Source: Staphylothermus marinus F1
Lineage (GTDB): Archaea; Thermoproteota; Thermoprotei_A; Sulfolobales; Desulfurococcaceae
Direction of reading: 5' to 3'
Assembly: GCF_000015945.1 (NCBI RefSeq)
Contig: NC_009033.1
Location: forward strand, 1,380,001 to 1,412,000
Length of the DNA: 32,000 nucleotides
The notes under the pieces: model-generated
Seen by the model: the letters and a program-made list of their open reading frames with translations, nothing else
Databases searched by the model: none
What the model was told of the DNA's origin: nothing
Translations under genes and position numbers: made by a program
Part shown: positions 18,257 through 26,167 of the stretch, piece after piece
Layout: every line of letters starts with the position of its first letter
Position numbering within the stretch: position 1 is the first letter of the stretch

Positions 18257-18805
18257 TTATTTATTCTTCAACGGCTTTATACGCATAATTAACGTACCTT
18301 TATTTACAGCTTTACCTTTCTCCACTAATACCTCCTCAACAATGCCGTCTACATCACTTTTGATCTCAGTAACCATTTTCATAGACTCCATTAAAGCTAT
18401 AACGTCTCCAAACGATACTTTGTCTCCAGGTTTAACTTTTATATCAATAACTTTACCAGATAAAGGAGCTCTTATTTCTCCCTTCCTAGTAATAGTTGTT
18501 GTCTTCTTCTCTGAATAGCTTGATTTTAATCCTATAGGTATTAATTCAATTATTCTATTGATTAGAGACACTTCATCATCTATTAAAACTCCATCACTAC
18601 TCATATACACCCTATATATTTTATTATCTATTTCTACGAGAATAGTGTTTTCATCAACTATCTTCTTTATTCTAGCCTTTATCTCCCCCTCTAAGCCCGG
18701 CAACTTAACGATGATTTCCTGTTTATCACTATCAATTATTTCAGCAACTATTATGTCACCACTATATGTTTCAACACGGTATCTCCTAGGCAATAAACCC
18801 ACCAA
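18257..18805 (-). CDS. accB: Biotin carboxyl carrier protein (biotinyl domain)
   Basis: C-terminal biotinyl domain with IRAPLSGKV..IKVKPGDKV..GDVIALMESMKMVTEIKS. Lys codon 18377-18379 sits in the MKM biotinylation motif. TTG/GTG start. Confidence 0.85.
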   Translation of the reverse strand: MVGLLPRRYRVETYSGDIIVAEIIDSDKQEIIVKLPGLEGEIKARIKKIVDENTILVEIDNKIYRVYMSSDGVLIDDEVSLINRIIELIPIGLKSSYSEKKTTTITRKGEIRAPLSGKVIDIKVKPGDKVSFGDVIALMESMKMVTEIKSDVDGIVEEVLVEKGKAVNKGTLIMRIKPLKNK

Positions 18806-18830
18806 ACCAACAACAATTAAAACATATATG

Positions 18831-18898
18831 CCGCCCGACGGAACCCGCCATCATAGCTCTCCCTATCGCGGGAGCCTCCGGCGGGCGAGGGCTCCGCC
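18831..18898 (-). ncRNA. GC-rich structured element of unknown class (independent sRNA or 5'-leader element of the biotin carrier gene)
   Basis: 68 nt with 51 G+C (75%) in a divergent intergenic spacer that is otherwise AT-rich. The minus-strand reading folds into a three-segment hairpin: GGCGGA/UCCGUC, GCCCGCC/GGCGGGU, GCUCCC/GGGAG(A)GC. Two of its G-U pairs would be A-C mismatches on the plus strand, which favours the minus strand. Confidence 0.35.
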
Positions 18899-18948
18899 TA
18901 TGAATAATCATTTATTACTTATGTCTTAATATTGTTTATTAACTAGGT

Positions 18949-19671
18949 GTGAAAATGGATAGCGTATTAGGCGATTTCCTCGTATGTTCAGGGCGTATCC
19001 CATATTATGTCGGCAATAATACGGCTAAGATATTTAATATGCTATTTAGAGAAAACATGTTACCAAATATAGATATAATTTATGGGTTCTCCAACATAAT
19101 TGTAGAGCTAGAAAACAAATCTGAAAGATACATAGTAGGTTACATTTATAGAGTAGATCATACAGGAATCGAGGAACTGAGTAGTTGGGATCTAGGAATG
19201 TATATGCCTAAATATAGTGAGTTAAACGGGTTATTTATAACTAAATACAAGAATTTGGGGAGGATATTTGAGGGAATCGGTGACGGATTTCTAAAGAAGA
19301 AATGGAAATATATGTTGAAAAAAGAACATAAGTGTTGGGAAAAGAATAACAAGGTATGTTTTGTCTCAACAAATAAGATGTTATCGTATAAAGCAGGCTA
19401 TTTATTGTTTGCAACAAAATGTAAGGGGAAAACATTAATTATTGATGCTTTTAATCTTGCTGAAAACATGCTTAAATCAATATATCACCCAATTATAGAA
19501 ATCCTGCATTCTTTATATCATAATGAAATCCCTGATGATCCTATTAGGATAGTTAATGATCAAATAATAAAATATTATACAGAACTTATATCTAGATTCT
19601 ACATTAAATTGCCGAAACAATTTGATGTATCAGATCTGCTCAGACTATATACTACTCAACTAGGTTTCTAG
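18949..19671 (+). CDS. Hypothetical protein
   Basis: 240-codon ORF (GTG 18949, or ATG 18955), with coding-like composition and no recognisable motif. Its stop is 1 nt from the start of the next gene. Confidence 0.55.
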   Translation: MKMDSVLGDFLVCSGRIPYYVGNNTAKIFNMLFRENMLPNIDIIYGFSNIIVELENKSERYIVGYIYRVDHTGIEELSSWDLGMYMPKYSELNGLFITKYKNLGRIFEGIGDGFLKKKWKYMLKKEHKCWEKNNKVCFVSTNKMLSYKAGYLLFATKCKGKTLIIDAFNLAENMLKSIYHPIIEILHSLYHNEIPDDPIRIVNDQIIKYYTELISRFYIKLPKQFDVSDLLRLYTTQLGF

Positions 19672-19672
19672 G

Positions 19673-20269
19673 TTGTGGCATAAAGAAATGCTGGAATTCA
19701 AATGCATGTTGTGCGGGGATATATGCTGTAATTTTCAACATATAAATGATTCGCCCCTAGTTTTCCCTTGGGAAAAGAGAACTCTTCTCGAATTAGGTAA
19801 AAGATATGATAGGAAATTAGTGTTTAAACCCTATCTGGGCTATGAAATAGACAATAATATATATGCAGTTGTATTTTATCGATGGATAATTAACGGTAAG
19901 TGCCCGTTTCTATCAGAGAAAGGTATATGCACAATACATGGTAAGAAACCATATTCCTGCAAAATGTTCCCCTTAATAATAGGTATTGATGATAATACGT
20001 TGAGAGTAAGTGGTGCATGTCCATGGATTACTAGATATCTCGAGAAAATAAGGAATAGTGATCCAAGCAAGGTATTTAGGAACGAATATAAGATTGCTGT
20101 TAAAGTTTTCGTGATAATAAAAATCATAGAAGAGTTCGCAAAATCCAATGGATGGAAAAGAATAATCTTTACCAGTAAAGAGCTTGAGCGGAAGAATATC
20201 ATTTTTGTAGATATTGATAGCATTTTAAATAATATTGAGAAAACCATTGACTACGATGATGAAAGGTGA
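19673..20269 (+). CDS. YkgJ-family cysteine-cluster protein (CxxCxxCC putative Zn/Fe-chelating domain)
   Basis: CMLCGDICC (19703-19729) is the C-x2-C-x3-CC cluster. The second conserved block is CPFLSEKGICTIHGKKPYSCKMFP. TTG start listed, with ATG 19688 as an alternative. Confidence 0.75.
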   Translation: MWHKEMLEFKCMLCGDICCNFQHINDSPLVFPWEKRTLLELGKRYDRKLVFKPYLGYEIDNNIYAVVFYRWIINGKCPFLSEKGICTIHGKKPYSCKMFPLIIGIDDNTLRVSGACPWITRYLEKIRNSDPSKVFRNEYKIAVKVFVIIKIIEEFAKSNGWKRIIFTSKELERKNIIFVDIDSILNNIEKTIDYDDER

Positions 20270-21453
20270 TAGCTGAAGAAGTTGCAGCAGAATTATTGCT
20301 GGTTTTATCTATTATAATAATTGTTGCAAAGGTCTTGGAAGAGCTGATTAGTTATTATGGTTATCCTCCTGTTCTAGGAGATATTTTGGCAGGTATTATA
20401 TTAGGCCCCTCCGTTCTCGGCTTACTTACCCCGGAAATTATTGATTACTTAGATGCTATAAAATGGATAGGGATCATAAGCTTATTATTTCTAGCAGGAT
20501 TAGAAACAAAGTTTACACAATTTATGAGTAGTATAAAGAGTAGTTTACTCGTCGCAGCCGGCGGTATTATTGGTTCTTTTATATTAGGGTATTTTGCAGG
20601 TATTTTTGCCGGGTTAAACAGTAATCAAAGCATTTTTCTTGGAACAATATTAACAGCTACAAGTGTTGGATTAACTGTCAAGACATTAACGGATGTGGGA
20701 GCGCTTGGAACAAGGTATTTCACAGTAATTCTAGGAGCAGCAGTTCTCGACGATGTGGGTGGTTTAATAGTGTTTGGCTTAGCAATAGCCATGGTAACAA
20801 CAGGATTTACAAGAATAGAAGAACTAGCATTAACAGCTATTATTGCAATATCGTTCTATATTATCACATTATTCTTACTCCATAAAAGCTCTAGAGTGAT
20901 CTGGGGGTTGCTGAAACATATAAGTCACTTAGAAGATTCAATAATCGCTTTCCTGTTAGGATTAACTCTCATTATTGCATGGGCTAGTGTAAAATTTAAT
21001 TTAAGCCTTGTTGTCGGAGCATATCTTGTTGGTTTAGCCTTTAGTGAGGTTAGGGGGGTTGAGAATGTTATTCGTAGATTTAGTTTAATACCTGATATAT
21101 TTGCATCCATATTCTTCGTATTATCTGCTGCATCAATAGATATTAAACCATATATTATTCACGTAGAATATCTAGGTTTTATAGGTATAGTACTTATAGT
21201 TGCATTTGCCGGCAAAATTCTGGGATGTGGATTAACAGCTAAGCTTAGCAAATTTGACTGGAAAGGTTCATTATTCATCGGTATCGGAATGTTGCCTAGA
21301 GCTGAAGTTGCACTTGTAGTATCTGCCCTAGGAAAAGGATATGGTGTGGTTACTGACTCGATGATTGCTGCAACTATATTTGTCATATATGTTACTAGCA
21401 TTGTAACACCTCTAGTATTAACAAGTTTATTGAAAAGAATGAGAATAAAATAG
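20266..21453 (+). CDS. Cation:proton antiporter (CPA2 / Na_H_Exchanger family)
   Basis: Characteristic N-terminus ..AKVLEELISYYGYPPVLGDILAGIILGPSVLG.., about 11-12 TM. The GTG start overlaps the upstream stop by 4 nt (GTGA). Confidence 0.85.
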   Translation: MIAEEVAAELLLVLSIIIIVAKVLEELISYYGYPPVLGDILAGIILGPSVLGLLTPEIIDYLDAIKWIGIISLLFLAGLETKFTQFMSSIKSSLLVAAGGIIGSFILGYFAGIFAGLNSNQSIFLGTILTATSVGLTVKTLTDVGALGTRYFTVILGAAVLDDVGGLIVFGLAIAMVTTGFTRIEELALTAIIAISFYIITLFLLHKSSRVIWGLLKHISHLEDSIIAFLLGLTLIIAWASVKFNLSLVVGAYLVGLAFSEVRGVENVIRRFSLIPDIFASIFFVLSAASIDIKPYIIHVEYLGFIGIVLIVAFAGKILGCGLTAKLSKFDWKGSLFIGIGMLPRAEVALVVSALGKGYGVVTDSMIAATIFVIYVTSIVTPLVLTSLLKRMRIK

Positions 21454-21523
21454 AGAACTAGCATAATTTATGTGTTGAAGGCGATCTTAATTCATCTAGA
21501 CGTATATGATTTTATCATAATAT

Positions 21524-22039
21524 TTATCCCCAGATTCTAAGGAAAATTCCTAGATCATATATGTTTCGATAAATTTTTCCTCTAACATCCCATCTCTTAG
21601 CTACTCCAATAACTTTTCCATCCAAGTTATCAATTACTGCGACCGGTTGATCAAGAGGCGGATATTCCGCAATAATACTCTGCTCTAAAACATCGTTTCC
21701 ATATAGAAAGTTTTTAACGCCTTTCTCTCCAACAATTATTGCTGCCCGGTAAGTTCCTATATCATGGTATATTTTCTCATATATTTCTGGCGATAAATAC
21801 GGTTTATTATCTATAATTACTCCTATCCAAACTCCTTTGTAAAGCATTGTAAGCCTATAATATTTGCCTGCACCATTACTGATGAAGCAATTCCTATTTA
21901 GACAAACATAGTAGAGATCATTGCTAAGATACTTTATAGGATCAACTCCTAAAATGTTTCTTACATAAGAAAACAATGAATCTTTATGTTTTCTACTAAG
22001 CTTGCCAAATGATATTTTCAATTTATGTTTAATACTCAC
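21524..22039 (-). CDS. Nip7-like (UPF0113) protein with C-terminal PUA domain
   Basis: The C-terminus VAVIDNLDGKVIGVAKRWDVRGKIYRNIYDLGIFLR parallels archaeal Nip7 PUA ends (..VVVLNDLGDIIGIG......FIKNLKDVGEFLRR). Its size of about 170 aa fits. The GTG start shares one base with the stop of the methyltransferase gene (TAGTG). Confidence 0.6.
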   Translation of the reverse strand: MSIKHKLKISFGKLSRKHKDSLFSYVRNILGVDPIKYLSNDLYYVCLNRNCFISNGAGKYYRLTMLYKGVWIGVIIDNKPYLSPEIYEKIYHDIGTYRAAIIVGEKGVKNFLYGNDVLEQSIIAEYPPLDQPVAVIDNLDGKVIGVAKRWDVRGKIYRNIYDLGIFLRIWG

Positions 22040-23115
22040 TATTTAATCCTCCTTAACAAGCACGTGGTTAAACCTATCATGCTATGAATATGGGGCCAGA
22101 TCCTAATACAGTACTTAAATTCGTTGGGGAAATTAATTCCTAGATAACTTTTAAGCCAAGGACTCCAATCAAACAATTTCACCGGAGGCTTAACGATTTC
22201 TATATCGTCTCTCATCTCTAACACCTTTGCCACAACATACTCGTTTTCCTCAGGAGCTATGCTACAAGTAACATATGCTAGTACACCGTTTTTTGTTAGC
22301 ATGTCTATGCCGGATAATAAGATCTCGATTTCTCTCCTAACTATTCTCGCTAAGTCTTTCAGGGATGTCCTAGTTTTACGTCCTTGATCAAACATTATTG
22401 TTCCTTCCCCACTACATGGAACATCGAGCAATACTCTATCATAGCGTTTATCGATAAGGATAGGTAGTTTTCTAGCATCAGACCATGTAACAACTATGTT
22501 TTTTATTCTCATCCGAGCAATATGTCCTATTAATGATTTTAAACGATAAAGTACTAGATCGTTTGCAAGGACTTCATATTTGTTATTGAGTATTTGCGCT
22601 ATATATGTTGCTTTTCCTCCAGGAGCAGCACATGCATCTAGAACATCTCCTTCAAATTCATGCATTAGCAACTTTACTGGTACAAGACTAGCTGAGTCTC
22701 GATGAACATAATAGTATCCTTTCAAATACTCGTGTGTAGCGCCTATGCTTGGTGATTTAGGAGCTGATATTACTCTATAAGATTCTCTACTCCATTTTAT
22801 TCTTTCAAGCTTAAACCCTAGTTGTTCGAGCCTCTCATATAGTGTATCCTCATCTATTAGTAATGTATTGGTTCTAACTACTGGTTTTAAAGGTTTCTCG
22901 AACGCATTTAGAAGATCTACTGTATCCTTGAATCCAAGGATCTTAATATATCTTTCAACCATATATGGTAAGTATCCATATTTGCTTGCTAATTTTTTAG
23001 AAATAATGCTTGGTTCAATATATATGTCCCGAAGGATATCATTAATAGATGGTATATGTGGGTGTATTACCAAGTCATCTATACACCATGATTTATCTTC
23101 GTATTTGTTCCTCAA
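22039..23115 (-). CDS. NOL1/NOP2/Sun-family RNA cytosine-C5 methyltransferase
   Basis: SAM motif I DACAAPGGKATYIAQ, motif IV LLDVPCSGEGT, motif VI LAYVTCSIAPEENE. The listed TTG start overlaps the DUF72 gene by 23 nt, and the true start is uncertain. Confidence 0.9.
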   Translation of the reverse strand: MRNKYEDKSWCIDDLVIHPHIPSINDILRDIYIEPSIISKKLASKYGYLPYMVERYIKILGFKDTVDLLNAFEKPLKPVVRTNTLLIDEDTLYERLEQLGFKLERIKWSRESYRVISAPKSPSIGATHEYLKGYYYVHRDSASLVPVKLLMHEFEGDVLDACAAPGGKATYIAQILNNKYEVLANDLVLYRLKSLIGHIARMRIKNIVVTWSDARKLPILIDKRYDRVLLDVPCSGEGTIMFDQGRKTRTSLKDLARIVRREIEILLSGIDMLTKNGVLAYVTCSIAPEENEYVVAKVLEMRDDIEIVKPPVKLFDWSPWLKSYLGINFPNEFKYCIRIWPHIHSMIGLTTCLLRRIK

Positions 23116-23797
23116 GTATTTGCTTCATTAATCTAGCATTACTTAGCATCCAATGATCATTATTGAAGAACACATATATTTTGTATGGTTTTAACTTAAT
23201 CATTTTCTCAACAAGCTCTTCAAGTTCTTCCCGATTATAATCATATGCATACCAGTATTCTCTACCATGGATTCTGAGATAGATTATTCCATTAGTATTC
23301 ACAACCCATGTCCCAATAGGTGCATCGATAGAGACAAGAGTAAGACCCAGTTTCGAACACCAATTTATGAATGCTTCATTAAACCATGAATGATGCCTTA
23401 TCTCTAATGCAAATCTTTCCTCGAGACCTGATTCTTCATAAAACTTCTTAATCTTATCCATATTTCTATCTTTATATACGAAGTTGGGAGGCATCTGGAA
23501 AAGATAGAAATCAACATATTTATCTAGGGGAGAAAATAAATCATAGAATTTCTTCCAAATACTAAGAGCTGATTCGGAGAGTCTTCTATAATGCGTAATA
23601 CTTCTATGAACCTTAATACTCCATCTAAGATTTCTACCTTTACGGCTCCAGGAAAGAACTTGGTTTCTAAAGGGAAACCTGTAGAAACTAGCATTCAACT
23701 CTACAGCATTAAGCCCGCTATATTTTACATACCAGTCGAAACTACCTAGTTCATTCCAATCATACATCCAGCCGGAAGTACCCACATATACTTCCAA
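23093..23797 (-). CDS. DUF72 family protein
   Basis: N-terminal VYVGTSGWMYDWN...YSGLNAVELNASFYRFP and later WSIKVHRSITH follow the DUF72 pattern (iGtsGWsY.dW..FY....lE.N.tFY..p...f..K....iTH). TTG start. Confidence 0.8.
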   Translation of the reverse strand: MEVYVGTSGWMYDWNELGSFDWYVKYSGLNAVELNASFYRFPFRNQVLSWSRKGRNLRWSIKVHRSITHYRRLSESALSIWKKFYDLFSPLDKYVDFYLFQMPPNFVYKDRNMDKIKKFYEESGLEERFALEIRHHSWFNEAFINWCSKLGLTLVSIDAPIGTWVVNTNGIIYLRIHGREYWYAYDYNREELEELVEKMIKLKPYKIYVFFNNDHWMLSNARLMKQILEEQIRR

Positions 23798-23914
23798 TAT
23801 GGAACACCTAGTATGATCTAGGCTACATCATCCCTTAACTAGGGAGTCATCTGAGGCCTCGCTCATCAACTTTCAGAATATCGGGCCAATGACTGATTCT
23901 AATAAATAAAATAT

Positions 23915-24589
23915 TTATGGAATGGTTGAAAGTTTTTCCTCCGGCATCTTTAATATGTTTAGAATTTCTTCTATTGAAGTATTTAGTTCCCTAGACAAGA
24001 TCTTTATATCGTTTTTCTGTATTTTTGATAATATCTTATCCATTGTGCGATCCACATTTCTATCGATTTCTTTAATCTCAAGTAGTGCTATTCTTATAGG
24101 TGTATCTAAAGGATATGATTTTTCTATTTCAACCACAATATTAGCTTCATCGCGATAAACTTCTGCTTCAAAACCAAGTTCCTTGGCTATTTTAACTATT
24201 ATAAAGGTGTATAGATCAATTGGAATCCATGCATTAAAAGCGTAATTGGAAGTATAAATTGTGTGTTCTAAGTAAACATGGCCTCGTTCACTGTCTCGCC
24301 AAACACTTGCTTCGTCAAAGAATCTCAATCCTTTAGATTCATATGTGTATTCACCACTCTTCTTAGTGAATGGTAGGAATTCTATTAGTATGTTTCCTCT
24401 AAGAGTTTCAGGGGCTGGTAAGTCTTGGAATGCATATCTGGATAATGTTCTATATGATACTATGACTTGATAATGTGTTTCATCCACTTCTTCAAGGGCA
24501 TATTTTCTCTTACCAATTGATAATTTTGGTTTACCACTGTCGATATCTATTATTTCTATTTTACTCATGAAAGTACACCATAGACCCAT
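23915..24589 (-). CDS. Hypothetical protein (downstream of the RNA ligase on the same strand)
   Basis: 224-codon ORF. The likely start is ATG 24568 (MSKIEIIDID). No motif recognised. Confidence 0.55.
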   Translation of the reverse strand: MGLWCTFMSKIEIIDIDSGKPKLSIGKRKYALEEVDETHYQVIVSYRTLSRYAFQDLPAPETLRGNILIEFLPFTKKSGEYTYESKGLRFFDEASVWRDSERGHVYLEHTIYTSNYAFNAWIPIDLYTFIIVKIAKELGFEAEVYRDEANIVVEIEKSYPLDTPIRIALLEIKEIDRNVDRTMDKILSKIQKNDIKILSRELNTSIEEILNILKMPEEKLSTIP

Positions 24590-24652
24590 ATATTTATGTT
24601 TTAAGATTAATTCTTTTACTGAATAATGTTATTGTCTACAAATATATTTCTC

Positions 24653-24901
24653 TTATTCCTCAACTGGGATGGCTTCTAATATATTATAGGCTATATGATC
24701 TATTTCTTTATCTCTCGCTGCTTTATAGTGTTTATCTTTCAAGTTCTTAATCTGATCTGCCAGCTTCAATATCTCCTCTGGATCAATGTATACATATTCC
24801 TCGGCGTCTTCGTAGGATTCAATAATGAATGTTGCATATATTTTCTTCTTATGATCTATGGCTAGTTTTATTTTTTCTCCTCTTACCTCGTAGACAACCA
24901 T
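24653..24901 (-). CDS. Hypothetical small acidic protein
   Basis: 82-codon ORF starting 16 nt downstream of the RNA ligase stop, on the same strand. No motif recognised. Confidence 0.5.
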   Translation of the reverse strand: MVVYEVRGEKIKLAIDHKKKIYATFIIESYEDAEEYVYIDPEEILKLADQIKNLKDKHYKAARDKEIDHIAYNILEAIPVEE

Positions 24902-24917
24902 ATATAAACACCCTGGA

Positions 24918-26063
24918 TTAGTCGAGAGGTGAATAACCAGTTTTAAGCATTTTCGTATATATATTATGTGTTTCCTTCATCTTGAATAATTCAACAACTA
25001 TGCATCCATCTTCTCGTTTCTCAACAACTCTGAATATGAAGTCCATTCCTATAGATTCTGCGTACTCTATATATTTTGAGAGATCATCTTCTGAGGGAAA
25101 CACTAATGTATATTTTGATGCAATAATTTCTCCATTAGCTCTCTTCTTCAAAGAATTAATTGCAGGTTCTAGAATTGCTCTTCCCAGTTTTAACGCTATT
25201 CTATCTAGCTCAGTATTATTCCAGTCATATTCATATCCTTGCGCTATTAGCCTTACTATTCTAGAAAATAGATATCCTCTTCCTTCATCAAATGGGTACC
25301 TCATCCCTTCCCAGATATCTCTGATATTAATATATATGGTAGTATATTTTAGAGGTGGAACACGTTGATAGGGGTCTTTCAATACTACTCCTTCTCTTCT
25401 TTCCTTCTCTAGCCTGTTAATAATTGTTTTTAACCTATCAATATCCCTTTTATTAATAATATCTAGTATTCTAACCGTTTTCAAACTATACTTCTCGGCG
25501 ATTTCATCCCTAATTCTCAGTGGCTGTAATTTATCTTTTTTCATAGTATCAAATATGAAGTAATCGAATCCTCTAGCTTCGGGATAATCATATATTACAT
25601 AGGGATTTTCTGTTCCAACTACTTCACCCACTAAAATTGTGTCTGGGTATTCTTGATATGCTAACTTAATGTTTTTAGAGTATAGTTTTCTTATTCTAGC
25701 TGTTGTATATGGACAAATATATCCCCCACGTGTGATCGCATATATGTTGTTCATGTAATAAACTACTCTGACATTATAGCCGTTCATTTTCTCCTCTACA
25801 ACGACATTATCTATCATGTGTTTAGATACTCCTTCAATAAATGCTAGTCTTTGAATACTAGGGTATCCGTGAACTATTAATGGCTCTTCTCCAAGTAGGA
25901 TTGTTGTTCCTTCACGGTATCCTAGAAGATCCCTTCTGAAGACAACATAGTTTAGTTCGCCATACTTCATTAATCTAATGGATCTACCTATATGTTTTGA
26001 GAGTTTCTCGTATTCAATACCGAGAGCATCACTTAATTTATTTACAAGCTCATTTTCGTCCAC
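24918..26063 (-). CDS. ATP-dependent RNA ligase, archaeal Rnl3 (Pab1020-like) family
   Basis: Nucleotidyltransferase motif I VVVEEKMNGYNVRV (Lys codon 25788-25790). Further blocks are TRGGYICPYTT, LVGEVVG.ENPY and GVVLKD. The ORF is open up to ATG 26156, but that adds a junk-like hydrophobic 31 aa and leaves 11 nt to the divergent speE. GTG 26061-26063 has AAAATAAT at -32..-25 and GGAGG at about -12, so I prefer it. Confidence 0.8.
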   Translation of the reverse strand: MDENELVNKLSDALGIEYEKLSKHIGRSIRLMKYGELNYVVFRRDLLGYREGTTILLGEEPLIVHGYPSIQRLAFIEGVSKHMIDNVVVEEKMNGYNVRVVYYMNNIYAITRGGYICPYTTARIRKLYSKNIKLAYQEYPDTILVGEVVGTENPYVIYDYPEARGFDYFIFDTMKKDKLQPLRIRDEIAEKYSLKTVRILDIINKRDIDRLKTIINRLEKERREGVVLKDPYQRVPPLKYTTIYINIRDIWEGMRYPFDEGRGYLFSRIVRLIAQGYEYDWNNTELDRIALKLGRAILEPAINSLKKRANGEIIASKYTLVFPSEDDLSKYIEYAESIGMDFIFRVVEKREDGCIVVELFKMKETHNIYTKMLKTGYSPLD

Positions 26064-26167
26064 AGCAAACCCTCCATAAACCCATACATTATTTTCTAGC
26101 AAGGATATTAATAATATGTTCAGTAATGAGAATAAAATATGTAAAACATGTATCATGGGTGGATATT

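Noticed and set aside
18826-18905. GC-rich island as a tRNA, tRNA fragment or att site
   Set aside because: Neither strand shows a 7-bp acceptor stem pairing, a D-arm, or a T-arm/T-loop (GTTCRAATC-like). The best fold is a single long hairpin, not a cloverleaf.
18228-18929. Plus-strand ORFs 18228..18518 and 18558..18929
   Set aside because: They are antisense to the biotin carrier gene. The second only stays open because it runs into the GC-rich island (translation ..PPDGTRHHSSPYRGSLRRARAPP..), which looks like a composition artefact.
15300-23797. Apparent excess of TTG/GTG start codons (pccB, accB, DUF72, methyltransferase, YkgJ, MFS-like, zinc-finger protein, thiolase, antiporter, Nip7-like)
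   Set aside because: This is probably partly an artefact of the ORF track extending to the most upstream NTG. Several have nearby ATG alternatives. Not evidence of unusual decoding without N-terminal proteomics or TSS data.
23798-23914. Possible C/D-box sRNA in the moderately GC-richer spacer upstream of the DUF72 gene (minus strand contains TTGATGA and GATGATG)
   Set aside because: No CUGA boxes lie at the required ~12-nt spacing after either C-like box, and there is no terminal stem. More likely a 5' UTR or promoter region of the DUF72 operon.
25997-26167. 57-codon N-terminal extension of the speE ORF in the track
   Set aside because: It overlaps the RNA ligase gene on the opposite strand and lacks any spermidine synthase similarity. 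ATG 26168 gives the expected N-terminus and has a TATA-like element and GGTGG upstream.
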